A DNA stretch of 64,000 nucleotides from Clostridiales bacterium (GCA_019423685.1 JAHZAY010000005.1:20057-84056); one strand, 5' to 3'. Shown: positions 44,255-53,965, counted from the first letter of the stretch. Program-made: numbers and translations. Notes: a model not told the origin generated them from the letters alone.

Positions 44255-45451
44255 ATGAAAATTCTTGTTTTAAACTGCGGAAGCTCCTCTCTGAAATATC
44301 AGCTGATTGATATGGAGAACGAGCAGGTTCTGACCAAAGGTCTGTGCGAGAGAATCGGCATCGAAGGCTCCGTTCTGACCCACAAAGTACCGGGCAAAGA
44401 CAACTATGTTGTTGAGACCCCAATGCCAGACCATTCCGTAGCTGTTAAATTGGTTCTGGATGCTCTGACCGACAAAGATCACGGCGTCATCTCCTCGGTT
44501 GACGAGATCAATGCAATCGGTCACCGCGTACTCCACGGCGGCACAAAATTCACCAAATCCATCGTTGTCAACGAGGATGTAAAAGCTGCTATCCGCGAGT
44601 GCTTCGACCTTGGCCCTCTGCACAACCCTGCAAACCTGATGGGTATCGAAGCTTGCGAGAAAGTTTGCCCAGGCAAACCAAACGTAGCTGTATTCGACAC
44701 CACCTTCGGTATGGCAATGGATGAAAAATCCTACCTGTACGCAATCCCATACGAGTACTATGAGAAGTACGGCATCCGCCGCTACGGCTTCCACGGCACC
44801 AGCCACACCTTCGTATCCAAAGAAGCCATCAAATTCGGCGGTCTGGACCCAGAAAAAGCAAAAGTAATCGTTTGCCACATCGGCAACGGCGCTTCTGTTT
44901 CCGCTTCCATCGGCGGCAAGTGCGTCGATACCTCGATGGGCCTCACCCCTCTGGAGGGCCTGATTATGGGTACCCGCTCCGGTGACCTCGATCCGGCCGT
45001 TGTACAGTACATCTGCAACAAAGAGCACAAGACTGTTGACGAAGTACTCAACATCCTCAACAAGAAATCCGGCCTTCTGGGCATGAGCGGCGGCCTGTCC
45101 TCCGACTGCCGTGACATCACCAAAGCGGCTGAAGAAGGCCATCACCTGGCTAAAGTTACTCTGGATGCTTACACCTACCGCATCGCAAAATATGTCGGCT
45201 CCTATGCTGCTGCTATGAACGGCGTTGATGCAATTGCCTTCACCGCTGGCGTCGGCGAGAACGACAAAGAGATCCGCGAAGAGCTGTGCGAGAAATACTG
45301 GGGTTACCTCGGCGTCAAGATCGACAAAGAGGCCAACAACACCAGAGGCGAGAACAAAGTGATCTCCGCTGCCGATTCCAAGGTCAAAGTTATGGTTATT
45401 CCAACCAACGAAGAGCTTGCAATCGCAAGAGACACCCTGGCTCTCATCTAA
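44255..45451 (+). CDS. ackA: acetate kinase
   Basis: MKILVLNCGSSSLKYQL, GHRVLHGG, FHGTSH and EELAIA motifs are present. GGAGGA lies upstream of the ATG at 44255. Confidence 0.95.
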   Translation: MKILVLNCGSSSLKYQLIDMENEQVLTKGLCERIGIEGSVLTHKVPGKDNYVVETPMPDHSVAVKLVLDALTDKDHGVISSVDEINAIGHRVLHGGTKFTKSIVVNEDVKAAIRECFDLGPLHNPANLMGIEACEKVCPGKPNVAVFDTTFGMAMDEKSYLYAIPYEYYEKYGIRRYGFHGTSHTFVSKEAIKFGGLDPEKAKVIVCHIGNGASVSASIGGKCVDTSMGLTPLEGLIMGTRSGDLDPAVVQYICNKEHKTVDEVLNILNKKSGLLGMSGGLSSDCRDITKAAEEGHHLAKVTLDAYTYRIAKYVGSYAAAMNGVDAIAFTAGVGENDKEIREELCEKYWGYLGVKIDKEANNTRGENKVISAADSKVKVMVIPTNEELAIARDTLALI

Positions 45452-45466
45452 CTTTCCTAAAACTGC

Positions 45467-45500
45467 AAGGCCGCTGCCCGTCTGGGCAGCGGCCTTTTTC
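45467..45500 (+). terminator. intrinsic terminator of ackA
   Basis: aaggccgctgccc-gtct-gggcagcggcctt followed by ttt. Confidence 0.85.
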
Positions 45501-45682
45501 ATTTGCATTTTGGCCTATTCTATCCCGGCCGCAGCCAAAAAGCGGCAATCCACATAGCTCTCTGCAAGTTAGGGGGTAAAATGCGAAGATCCTATTTTAC
45601 CCCTCTTGCAATCCTGTAAATTTGTTGTACAATGATAATACCAACCTCCATCACATGCCATTCAGAAAGGAAGACTTCCTCC

Positions 45683-46603
45683 ATGATTACCCAGGAACAT
45701 TTGCAGGATGCCATCGACTATGGCCGCTGCTTTATCAAATTTGGCAAACCCGCCTCCTACATCCCGGAACTTGCCCGGGTCAACAAGTACCAACTCGGTG
45801 TCTGCATCGTCGGATTGGACGGCACCATCATGGAGTGCGGCGACACCCGCATACCGTTTACCATTCAAAGTATCTCCAAGCTGGCCTCGCTGATTATGGC
45901 CATCAGCGACCGAGGGGCCGACTATCTCTTCCACGACAAGGTGGGGGTAGAGCCGACCGGCGATCCGTTTAACTCGATCATCAAGCTGGAGACCAAAACG
46001 AAGCCCTTCAACCCCTTCATCAACGCGGGGGCGATCACAGTGGCCGACTGCATCAACGGCGCAAATGCCGACGAAAAGTTTGAGCGCTTTCTGGCCTTTA
46101 TCCGCAAGCTGTGCGGGAACGAGGAGATTGCCTTAAACGAAGCGGTCTACCTTTCCGAGAAGTCGACCGGCGACCGCAACCGCGCATTGGCCTATTACCT
46201 GAAAGCCAGCGGCATTTTGGAAGGCAATGTGGAGGAATGTCTGGACTTTTACTTTCGGATGTGTTCGGTGAATGTCACCGCAGTGGACATCGCGCAGATG
46301 AGTGCGGTGCTGGCAAACCACGGAACCTATCCGGGCACCGACGAGGAGCTGATCCCTCCGGCGAGCGCCAAAGCCATCCGCGCGCTGATGCTGACCTGCG
46401 GGATGTATGACGGTTCGGGCGAATTTGCCATGACGGTGGGCTTCCCGGCCAAGAGCGGCGTGGGCGGCGGCATTGCGGCGGCGCTGGTGGACCGGATGGG
46501 CATCGGCGTGTTCGGCCCGTCGCTGGACGAGAAGGGCAACAGTGTGGGCGGCATCAAGGTGCTGGAGCACATCTCGAAGAATTTGGATTTTAATTTGTTC
46601 TAA
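45683..46603 (+). CDS. glsA: glutaminase A
   Basis: YIPELA, FTIQSISK (active-site Ser-x-x-Lys), NAGAI and PAKSGVGGGI motifs are present. The ATG at 45683 follows AAAGGAAG. Confidence 0.9.
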   Translation: MITQEHLQDAIDYGRCFIKFGKPASYIPELARVNKYQLGVCIVGLDGTIMECGDTRIPFTIQSISKLASLIMAISDRGADYLFHDKVGVEPTGDPFNSIIKLETKTKPFNPFINAGAITVADCINGANADEKFERFLAFIRKLCGNEEIALNEAVYLSEKSTGDRNRALAYYLKASGILEGNVEECLDFYFRMCSVNVTAVDIAQMSAVLANHGTYPGTDEELIPPASAKAIRALMLTCGMYDGSGEFAMTVGFPAKSGVGGGIAAALVDRMGIGVFGPSLDEKGNSVGGIKVLEHISKNLDFNLF

Positions 46604-46621
46604 TAGGGACAGAGGAAAAGC

Positions 46622-46657
46622 AAGGAAGGCCATCCCCGGGCGGGGATGGCCTTCCTT
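46622..46657. terminator. hairpin between convergent genes (terminator-like, weak U-tract)
   Basis: aaggaaggccatcccc-gggc-ggggatggccttcctt forms a 16-bp perfect stem. Confidence 0.6.
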
Positions 46658-46684
46658 ATATTGTGGGTGAAAACATAAAGGGTG

Positions 46685-47230
46685 CTAGATTTGTTGATGA
46701 TATTCGTACTCAGCGTCATCATAAACGAGGGTGCCGCGCAGACGCATCGAAACATCTCCTTCTCCGATCGGGTAATCCAGTTTCAGCTCAGCGGTTCCGT
46801 CCTCCGAAAGCGTGACAGGATAAGATTCTTCGCTGCCTGCGTGTGAAACCGTCAGCTCTTTTAGCTCGCAGTCCTTTGTTTCAATCGAAATCTTCAGTGA
46901 GTCAATTTTTCCATTGTCCACCTTGTATGCATAAGTTCCCTTGACGATAACCGCCTCGTCCTCCGGGCCCTGAATGCCGGTATGGTATTGTCCCAAAGGT
47001 GGCAGCGCATAAAAATATCCCTGGAACAGGGTTTCGTCCTCGCTGCAATAAGTGGTGCTGGAGTAGGAATTGCCATAGCTGCTTTCCAAATATTCCTTAT
47101 ACCCCTCCGGTTCCCCGGCCGTGATGGTCGCGTAGTCGGGTAAAGTCAGCTCAACAGATTGAGAGGCGCAAGCAGCTAAGCTCATCACGATCAAAATAAA
47201 AATCAGGACAAGGCAAAACTTTTTCTTCAC
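46685..47230 (-). CDS. lipoprotein of unknown function
   Basis: The GTG at 47230 lies 4 nt after GAAGGTGA. The signal peptide VKKKFCLVLIFILIVMSLAAC has the lipobox LAAC. Confidence 0.6.
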   Translation of the reverse strand: MKKKFCLVLIFILIVMSLAACASQSVELTLPDYATITAGEPEGYKEYLESSYGNSYSSTTYCSEDETLFQGYFYALPPLGQYHTGIQGPEDEAVIVKGTYAYKVDNGKIDSLKISIETKDCELKELTVSHAGSEESYPVTLSEDGTAELKLDYPIGEGDVSMRLRGTLVYDDAEYEYHQQI

Positions 47231-47438
47231 AAAATCACCTTCATTACAGATTTTATTAATAATATGTATGGTTTTATTGTAGCAAGCTTTCAGATATTTG
47301 TCAAACAAATGAGCAACCCCTGCAAAGCGGTCTCCGAATAGGTGACGGCGAACTGGTTGAGATTTTTGATGCCCTCGATACTCAGCAGGCAGCGCTCAAT
47401 CTTCTCCAAATCAAAACTCGGATCTGTCTATTTTAGTA

Positions 47439-47470
47439 AAAGAGCCAGCCCTTTCGGGCTGGCCCTCTTG
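47439..47470 (-). terminator. intrinsic terminator after the SdpI-like gene
   Basis: The gccagccc-tttc-gggctggc core stem is extended by flanking pairs. On the minus strand it is followed by cttttact. Confidence 0.55.
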
Positions 47471-47473
47471 TTT

Positions 47474-47851
47474 TTACAGGTTTTCTCTTCTATGTCCGTT
47501 CTTATCGTAGTAGTACCGCAGGTCTTTTTCGATTGGGATATAGGGGATAATCAGCATGACAACATCCATCGCCAGCAGTGCGCGCTCAACAATATCGGCA
47601 GGCAGCACAAACACGCCCACAACTGACAGGATCAGCGCCACCAAACCCAATCCCACCATCCAGCGGCCATAGCGCACATGGGCATACAGCCAGGTGTCGG
47701 GGCTCTTCAGCGCCCACTGGGTGCGGTAACCGATGAAAAAGTTGCCCAGGTTGTCCGGATTTTTGGGGTATGCGGGCGGCTTGCGCATCCACCAGAAACC
47801 CCAGATAATCATCAATACGGGAATCAAAAGCTGTATCATCTTGTTTGACAA
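47474..47851 (-). CDS. SdpI family membrane protein
   Basis: FFIGYRTQWALKSPDTWLYAH matches the SdpI-family loop motif (GYRT ... S ... W ... A). Four TM segments. Confidence 0.6.
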   Translation of the reverse strand: MSNKMIQLLIPVLMIIWGFWWMRKPPAYPKNPDNLGNFFIGYRTQWALKSPDTWLYAHVRYGRWMVGLGLVALILSVVGVFVLPADIVERALLAMDVVMLIIPYIPIEKDLRYYYDKNGHRRENL

Positions 47852-47965
47852 TCCTTTCTAAGATAATCTCGTGTGCAAATGCAGGGGAACTCATTACAGT
47901 ATAGCACAGAAAATTCCTTTTGTAAAAAGGTTTCTTTGCTATCTGTACTTCTCCGCAAAAAACGC

Positions 47966-47994
47966 TTGACAAACTGCATCGAGCTGTGTATACT
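47966..47994 (+). promoter_or_regulatory. sigma-A promoter of the GntR(YtrA)-ABC operon
   Basis: TTGACA (47966-47971), 17 nt spacer, then TATACT (47989-47994). Confidence 0.65.
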
Positions 47995-47996
47995 TG

Positions 47997-48006
47997 AACT
48001 ATAGTT
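47997..48006 (+). promoter_or_regulatory. perfect 10-nt palindrome AACTATAGTT at the predicted transcription start (candidate operator)
   Basis: The palindrome is read directly from the sequence. It lies 3 nt downstream of the -10 box. Confidence 0.4.
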
Positions 48007-48053
48007 AATTATTCAACTAACTAACCACTCAACAACCGAAGGGAGGGGTTCAC

Positions 48054-48422
48054 TTGCGGATTAACTTTTCAAGCCAAACCCCCATCTTTGTGCAGGTGCA
48101 GCAGGGGCTGGAGGATGAGATCCTTTCTGGAGTCTACCAGGAAGGGGAGCAGATTCCATCCATCACCGAGCTTGCTGCCAGCTACAAGATCAATCCGGCG
48201 ACCGCCCTCAAGGGCATCAACCTGTTGGTGGACGCCGGCATCGTCTATAAAAAAAGGGGAATTGGAATGTTTGTCTGTGAAGGAGCTCTACAAAAGCTCA
48301 CCCAAAAGCGTCAAGAGGAATTTTTCACCCAATATGTACTGCCGCTGGTGCAGGAGGCCAAGCGCCTGTCCATCAGCCCGGAGCAGCTGCGGGAATGGAT
48401 TGAAAGGGGACTCTCACAATGA
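48054..48422 (+). CDS. GntR family transcriptional regulator, YtrA subfamily
   Basis: 122 aa. The winged helix reads PIFVQVQQGLEDEILSGVYQEGEQIPSITELAASYKINPATALKGINLLVDAGIVYKKRGIGMFV, followed by a short C-terminal helix pair. Confidence 0.85.
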   Translation: MRINFSSQTPIFVQVQQGLEDEILSGVYQEGEQIPSITELAASYKINPATALKGINLLVDAGIVYKKRGIGMFVCEGALQKLTQKRQEEFFTQYVLPLVQEAKRLSISPEQLREWIERGLSQ

Positions 48423-49285
48423 AACTGAGTTGCCAAAATGTGACAAAACAATTTAAAGATCAAACTGCGGTCGACAATGTCAGCTTTACCCTGTCTGAGC
48501 CGATGATCTGCGGACTGCTGGGGCGCAATGGTGCGGGCAAAACCACCCTGCTGCGCATGATTGCCAACCACTTTTTGCCCACCAGTGGCCAGATACAGCT
48601 GGATGGACAAAGGCTGTGGGAGAATGAGACGGCACAGCGGCAGATCTTTTTTGCCACCGAAAGCTCCTACTTTGGGGAACTGAAGGTGAGCGACCTCATC
48701 CGCTGGATGGCCGCAGCTTACCCCCATTTCCAAACCGAGCAGTGTCTAAGCTATGCCAAGCAGTTCGATCTGGATCTAAAAAAGAACAACTTCAAGCTCT
48801 CCACCGGGTACAAGTCGGTGCTGCGGGTGGTGCTGGCGCTTTCGGCTCACACCCCATTGCTGCTGCTCGACGAACCGACCTTGGGGATGGATGCCTTCCA
48901 CCGCGAGCTATTCTATAAACTGTTAATCGAGAGCTACAGTGAATCTCCTTCCTGCATCCTGCTCTCAACCCACCTGATCGGCGAGGTGGAGGGACTGCTG
49001 GAACGGGTATTCATCCTCAATCGCGGCAGATTGCTGGTCGATGACAGTGCCGAGCAGCTGCTCTGCCAGGGCTACTGCGTATCGGGGCGCATCGCAGAGG
49101 TAGATGACTTCTGTGCAGGGCGCCACGTCATCGGGGCGGATGTGGTCGGCGGATTAAAGACCGCGGCCATTCTGGGCGAGCGAGGAGAGGTCCCTGACAC
49201 ACTGGACATCACCGGCTTGAGCCTGCAACAACTCTTTGTCCAGCTGGTCGGGGCAGAAAATCCGTCCGACCCATCCCGTGAGTAA
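48419..49285 (+). CDS. ABC transporter ATP-binding protein
   Basis: It has Walker A GRNGAGKTT, the signature LSTGYKS and Walker B LLLLDEP. The start shares an ATGA overlap with the regulator gene. Confidence 0.85.
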   Translation: MKLSCQNVTKQFKDQTAVDNVSFTLSEPMICGLLGRNGAGKTTLLRMIANHFLPTSGQIQLDGQRLWENETAQRQIFFATESSYFGELKVSDLIRWMAAAYPHFQTEQCLSYAKQFDLDLKKNNFKLSTGYKSVLRVVLALSAHTPLLLLDEPTLGMDAFHRELFYKLLIESYSESPSCILLSTHLIGEVEGLLERVFILNRGRLLVDDSAEQLLCQGYCVSGRIAEVDDFCAGRHVIGADVVGGLKTAAILGERGEVPDTLDITGLSLQQLFVQLVGAENPSDPSRE

Positions 49286-49307
49286 ACTGAAAAAGGAGGC
49301 TTCCTTT

Positions 49308-50003
49308 ATGAATGCCGCAACATCCCTGCGCTACCACCTGTACGAATACCGCACTGCCATTCCCATTTTCTACTCTATCGTTATCATTTTGCTGCTGTTA
49401 TCCGCCATCCTTTCCGGGGAAAACTCCTATGTCTCCGGGCTGGAATATTCCACCGGCTGGTTTCTCTGCATCTCCGCAATGAATTCTTTCCGCGGTCACT
49501 TTCTCTTTCATCTACAACTCGGCTCCACCCGGCGCACACTCTTTAAGGGCTGGCTGCTGTTTTGCGCCATCCTTTCCCTGCTCGTCACCGTCACCAATGT
49601 GCTACTGGTACTTGCCGCACATCTGTTTGTCCCTTCCTTTTCCTCCCCGCTTTTTGCTATCCAGATCGAATCTGCTCCACTGCGCATACTCGCCGGAGGC
49701 TTCTCTTCCCTTTGCTCCAACCTGCTGGCGATGGCGCTGGGGTACCTAGTTACCTGTGGATTTTACCGCCTCAATAAAATCGGCAAGTGGGTCGTTGGGC
49801 TGCTCATCGGAGGTGCGGTACTGCTCTTTATCAACCTCACCATCCAGTTTGAAAGCATCGTCACCGCCATGCTGGAAACCATGTTCACCCTCCCCTATGT
49901 CCATCCCTTCTTTGCCGGCGGAATTTATCTGTTGGCCGCTGCCATCCTCCTGATGCTGTGCTGGGCAATTATCCGCAACATCCCGGAAAAAAGCAGAGCA
50001 TAA
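49308..50003 (+). CDS. multi-pass membrane protein (probable ABC-2-type permease partner)
   Basis: The ATG at 49308 follows AAAAGGAGG. About six hydrophobic segments. Its position is typical for the permease of a YtrA-type module. Confidence 0.55.
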   Translation: MNAATSLRYHLYEYRTAIPIFYSIVIILLLLSAILSGENSYVSGLEYSTGWFLCISAMNSFRGHFLFHLQLGSTRRTLFKGWLLFCAILSLLVTVTNVLLVLAAHLFVPSFSSPLFAIQIESAPLRILAGGFSSLCSNLLAMALGYLVTCGFYRLNKIGKWVVGLLIGGAVLLFINLTIQFESIVTAMLETMFTLPYVHPFFAGGIYLLAAAILLMLCWAIIRNIPEKSRA

Positions 50004-50036
50004 ATAAGAACAAGTTGTAAACTTTTTTCTTGCCTA

Positions 50037-50065
50037 TTGCAAAATAGAGAGTTGTGCGGTATACT
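50037..50065 (+). promoter_or_regulatory. sigma-A promoter of the desulfoferrodoxin gene
   Basis: TTGCAA (50037-50042), 17 nt spacer, then TATACT (50060-50065). Confidence 0.6.
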
Positions 50066-50133
50066 ATATTCAGAAAGAAAATAAACTAATTTGGTATATA
50101 TTCAACAACGAATTTAAGAAAGAAGGAACTTGT

Positions 50134-50508
50134 ATGAAATTTTATGTTTGCAAACATTGTGGAAATATCATCACCTTTATGGAGACCAAAGGTGTTCCGG
50201 TTGTATGCTGCGGTGAAAAGATGAGTGAGCTCGTTCCAGGCAGCACCGATGCAGCTACCGAGAAGCACGTTCCGGTTGTCCATGTAGATGGCAACACCGT
50301 CACCGTATCGGTCGGTTCCGTTGCACACCCAATGCTCGCAGAGCACTCGATCAAATGGATCATCCTCGAGACTGCAAACGGTTTCCAGCGCAAGAACCTG
50401 AACCCAGGCGACAAACCGGAAGCGGTCTTTGCCCTCACCGCCGGTGAGAAACCAGTTGCCGCTTACGCATTCTGCGACCTGCACGGACTGTGGAGCGCAA
50501 ACATCTAA
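50134..50508 (+). CDS. dfx: desulfoferrodoxin (2Fe superoxide reductase)
   Basis: The N-terminal desulforedoxin motif is CKHCGN ... CCG. The centre II ligands are EKHVP and HPM ... H, with C-x-x-H (CDLH) near the C-terminus. Confidence 0.9.
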   Translation: MKFYVCKHCGNIITFMETKGVPVVCCGEKMSELVPGSTDAATEKHVPVVHVDGNTVTVSVGSVAHPMLAEHSIKWIILETANGFQRKNLNPGDKPEAVFALTAGEKPVAAYAFCDLHGLWSANI

Positions 50509-50552
50509 CAGCTTTTTTCTAAGAGAAAACTCAAAACACACCTCTTTTACTG

Positions 50553-50587
50553 GGCGGGACGCTGCAAGCGTCCCGCCTTTGTTTTTT
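50553..50587 (+). terminator. intrinsic terminator of dfx
   Basis: ggcgggacgc-tgcaa-gcgtcccgcc followed by tttgtttttt. Confidence 0.9.
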
Positions 50588-50653
50588 GGCTTGACCGCTC
50601 TCCCCTTTTTTTGTATAATAGGGAAAGCATTTTACAGATTGGAGAATGAACAG

Positions 50654-51016
50654 ATGGGGAAACGGGATAAACAAATACTGCTGGGACTTGTCGCAGTCGC
50701 TGCCATCCTGATGCTGGCCTTCTTTGTGATGGAAAAGCTCTCCGGTCCCGGGGCGTGGGCACTCATTACCATCAATGGAGAACCGGTACAGGAGATCGAC
50801 CTCACCCACGCTCAGGACCAGCAGATCGACCTGAACAGCTACGGGGTCGATGTGGTGTTGGAGATACAGGATCATTGCATTCACTTTCTTTCCTCCGACT
50901 GCCCGGACCACCTGTGCATCGGATTTGGGTGGCTGGAAAAGGAACCGCAAAGTGCCGTCTGTATGCCCAACCGGGTCGCAGTGACCATCAACACAAAACC
51001 CACCCTGACAGACTGA
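50654..51016 (+). CDS. NusG domain II-containing membrane-anchored protein (DUF1312-like)
   Basis: It has an N-terminal TM helix, then CPDHLCIGFGWL ... AVCMPNRVAVTI, which matches the NusG_II family motif (CPD ... C ... G ... vCLPn). Confidence 0.65.
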   Translation: MGKRDKQILLGLVAVAAILMLAFFVMEKLSGPGAWALITINGEPVQEIDLTHAQDQQIDLNSYGVDVVLEIQDHCIHFLSSDCPDHLCIGFGWLEKEPQSAVCMPNRVAVTINTKPTLTD

Positions 51017-51131
51017 GCCCGCACCTAATTCGCAAGTTAGCCAAGTACAGAATCTTGGCTTCTACTACACCGCACCCAGTTTTAGAAAATCGAGTTTTAT
51101 CTGCCGCCTTACCCAATCGTCTTTCTGCAAT

Positions 51132-51164
51132 AAAAAAGGCTCCCCAAAAGGGAGCCTTTTTTTT
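51132..51164. terminator. bidirectional intrinsic terminator
   Basis: aggctccc-caaaa-gggagcct, with an A-run upstream and an 8-T run downstream. Confidence 0.8.
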
Positions 51165-51213
51165 GCGTCTTTTATCCTTATCCAATTTCCATTAAATAAG
51201 GAAGAAAACTTTT

Positions 51214-52491
51214 TTATTCCTCGTCCACTCTCTTCTTGCGCAGGTACTTGTCGACTGCCTCGACCATGTTCTGCGGGATCTTGCGCGGTACCGGGAAGAC
51301 CATCGCGTTGACCATGTGATCGGCAAATTCCTGGATGAAGGCTGCGGTCTTGCCGAAGTTTTTGTAATCGAGGTAGTCAATCACGTCGTGGCGGCAGTGG
51401 ATCATCGCGCCGCCGTTTCTGCCAAAGCGGCAGAAGTTGATGGCCGGAACGCCCTCGTTGACAAACGGTACCGAATCGCTGGAGTAGACGTCCTGGGTGA
51501 CATCGGTGGAGAAGCCGAGCTCCTTGGACAGGTACTCAACAAAGCGGCAGAGCGACTCATCCGCGGTGATGGCCGCCCAGTCAGCGCCCAGAACCGGACC
51601 GGCAACGTCGACGTTGATCATCAGCTGAACGTCCTTGAGCTCGTCCTTGTGGGCGGCGACATACGCCTTGGAGCCCAGCAGGCCGCACTCCTCGGAGCCG
51701 TACCAGCAGAAGGTCAGGTTGCGCTTTGGCGGGTTCTGTTTGTAGTGGCGGGCCAGCTCCATCAGGATAACTGAGCCTGCGCCGTTGTCGTAGACGCCGT
51801 GGCTGAACTGCACGCTGTCAAAGTGCGCGCCAAAGGTGACGTTCTCGCTGCCGCCATCGGTGCCCGGGATGTGCAGGATGACGTTTCTGGACGGACGGGT
51901 AACATCGTCCTGAATCAGGGTGAAGGTGACCTCCTCCGGCTCGCCCTTAACTAGCTCCATCGCGTCGATGGCACGCAGCACACCGCCCGGGATCTTGCCA
52001 TAGCGCAGCGCCCAGTAGCGCAGCTCGCGCTCCGGCAGGTCGGTCTCTTCACGGGCGTCCGAAACATTGCCGTTCCAGGTCAGGAAGGCGGCGACGCCGT
52101 AGCGAACCATCCTCTCATACACTTCCTCGTTCATCTTGCCGTTGTTGACCAGTACGATCTTGCCCTTTTTGTCGTACAGGTCGACGTCGCTGCCCTGCTG
52201 CACATAGGCAAACGGGGCGGTCAGGCCCTCCTCCGGGGTGGAGCCGGAGCGGCGGTATCCCTGAATCTCCCACTCCTTGCCCAGTGCCTTGAGCGATACC
52301 TTGTGGATGTCGGCGGTCTCGACGTCAAACTCCTCGATGGTCGCCTCCATCCCCTCCTTGGCCAGCTCATCCTTGATGATGTTGGCGGCCTTGGTCTCCT
52401 CGGCGGAGGTGCTGGTGCGGATAAAGTTGATCTTCTCCAGATCCGCAAAGATGCGTTTGCCCATCGCGTCGGTGTTCTTTAAAATGTCCAT
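51214..52491 (-). CDS. M28 family metallo-aminopeptidase
   Basis: GAHFDSV ... YDNGAGSVILMELA ... YGSEECGLLGS are the zinc-ligand motifs of peptidase family M28. Confidence 0.8.
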   Translation of the reverse strand: MDILKNTDAMGKRIFADLEKINFIRTSTSAEETKAANIIKDELAKEGMEATIEEFDVETADIHKVSLKALGKEWEIQGYRRSGSTPEEGLTAPFAYVQQGSDVDLYDKKGKIVLVNNGKMNEEVYERMVRYGVAAFLTWNGNVSDAREETDLPERELRYWALRYGKIPGGVLRAIDAMELVKGEPEEVTFTLIQDDVTRPSRNVILHIPGTDGGSENVTFGAHFDSVQFSHGVYDNGAGSVILMELARHYKQNPPKRNLTFCWYGSEECGLLGSKAYVAAHKDELKDVQLMINVDVAGPVLGADWAAITADESLCRFVEYLSKELGFSTDVTQDVYSSDSVPFVNEGVPAINFCRFGRNGGAMIHCRHDVIDYLDYKNFGKTAAFIQEFADHMVNAMVFPVPRKIPQNMVEAVDKYLRKKRVDEE

Positions 52492-52621
52492 GTAGCCACT
52501 CTCCTCTTTTTATGTTGGATTAAAAAAGGCGGTATAAAATATGCACAAAAAGAAGCGTTTATGTTTTCCTTTTCTGTGCTCTTTTTCCCTGCACTCCCAG
52601 TATAGCACAAACTTGCGCCGC

Positions 52622-53965
52622 TTACAATCCCGATACGGTCAATCCTTTGAGCAAAATAGACGGAGTCTGTACAAACTGGCTGCCAGCAGCAGTCGGGGCA
52701 GGATCGTTGCCCATCGCCTCAATTTCCTCCAGGAGCGTATAGATGTTGCCCGCGATGGTGACCTCGCAGAACGGTTTGACCGGTTTGCCATTTTCCACCA
52801 GCATGCCCTTGCTCAACAGCGAGAAGCTGCCATTGATGGTGTTGACGCCGGCAAATACACCTTCCAGATCGGTGACGATGATGCCGTTGCCCATCTTTTC
52901 ACACATCTGTTCCATGCTCAACTCGGTGCCGGAAGCGCTCTGCAATACCACGTTGGTGACGCCGGTGCCGACCGAGGACTGGATATCCGCCTTAAAGCCA
53001 TTGCCGCTGCCGGACACATTTTCCTTCGCTGCACTCTTGCGGTTATACAGCATCGATTCAAACTTGCCAGCACGGATGAGATACTTCTTGCTGACCGGGC
53101 AGCCTTCATCGTCAAAGTGGCGATGTACGCGGCCGGTGGCGAGCTGTGGGTCCTCCAGCAGTTCGACGTCGGCGCAGGCAATCTGTTCGCCCTGTCTGCC
53201 GGCCAGTTTGCTCATCTTATTCTGCATCTCCGAAGCGTAGAAGATCGGCAGATATGCTTCCAACAATTCCGCCGCCGCGGTATTTTGCAGGATGACAGCG
53301 TATTTTCCCGAAGCGAGTGGTTTTGCGTGCAGGCGCTGTGCACCCAGCTTTGCGACCTCCCGTGCCAATCCAGTCACATCAATCTGATCGAGGCTGGCGG
53401 CGCTGCGGCCTCCATACGCAATTTCTGTGTCGCCATCTTCACGCGAAACAACTCCGATGGAAACCGAGGCAACCTGACTGCTGTCGGTCATGCAGGTGCC
53501 CTGATCATCCATCAGCACAACCTCTTTCCAGGAATGGTTATAGCGGCAGTTGCTCAGGTTGGAGATTTTCTTTTCTTCCTTAGCTGCTTTTTCGGCCTTG
53601 ACCAGCACCTGGACAGCGTCCATCTCATTTGCCGGAGCAAAGTCACTGTGATGGTTGACCTCCCTTTCAAAAGCGGGCAGCGGCTGATACTCTTCCTGTG
53701 AAGCCTCCGCCGCAATCTGCATCTGTTCGACTACGTCGTCCATCCCATCCAAGGTATTAAAGAAGGTGCAGCATCTCTTGCCGCCCTTGCCTGCCTCTAC
53801 AAAATAAGCGTTTTCCTTGGCGCGGGTGAAGCTGTCGCGGGCGCCGTCCAGCACCCCGACGCCAAACCGCTCGGTCCGCTCGATGTAGAAGCGGACATCG
53901 GTAAATCCTTCCTCTTTTAATCTCTGCGCAAGGGCGCAGAGCACTGTCTTTTCCGAAGTCATCAT
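52622..53965 (-). CDS. pmbA: PmbA/TldE family metalloprotease component
   Basis: 447 aa. The TldD/PmbA-fold C-terminal motifs are GNGFKA, VTNVVLQ, FAGVNTINGSFSL and IAGNIY. The start overlaps the tldD stop by 4 nt. Confidence 0.8.
   Translation of the reverse strand: MMTSEKTVLCALAQRLKEEGFTDVRFYIERTERFGVGVLDGARDSFTRAKENAYFVEAGKGGKRCCTFFNTLDGMDDVVEQMQIAAEASQEEYQPLPAFEREVNHHSDFAPANEMDAVQVLVKAEKAAKEEKKISNLSNCRYNHSWKEVVLMDDQGTCMTDSSQVASVSIGVVSREDGDTEIAYGGRSAASLDQIDVTGLAREVAKLGAQRLHAKPLASGKYAVILQNTAAAELLEAYLPIFYASEMQNKMSKLAGRQGEQIACADVELLEDPQLATGRVHRHFDDEGCPVSKKYLIRAGKFESMLYNRKSAAKENVSGSGNGFKADIQSSVGTGVTNVVLQSASGTELSMEQMCEKMGNGIIVTDLEGVFAGVNTINGSFSLLSKGMLVENGKPVKPFCEVTIAGNIYTLLEEIEAMGNDPAPTAAGSQFVQTPSILLKGLTVSGL

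Noticed and set aside
47309-47438. A protein-like reading frame of about 40 codons on the minus strand (LEKIERCLLSIEGIKNLNQFAVTYSETALQGLLI) between the lipoprotein and SdpI-like genes.
   Set aside because: It is bounded by a TAG just upstream, has no ATG/GTG start or RBS, and is too short to assign. It may be a gene remnant but cannot be supported as a feature.
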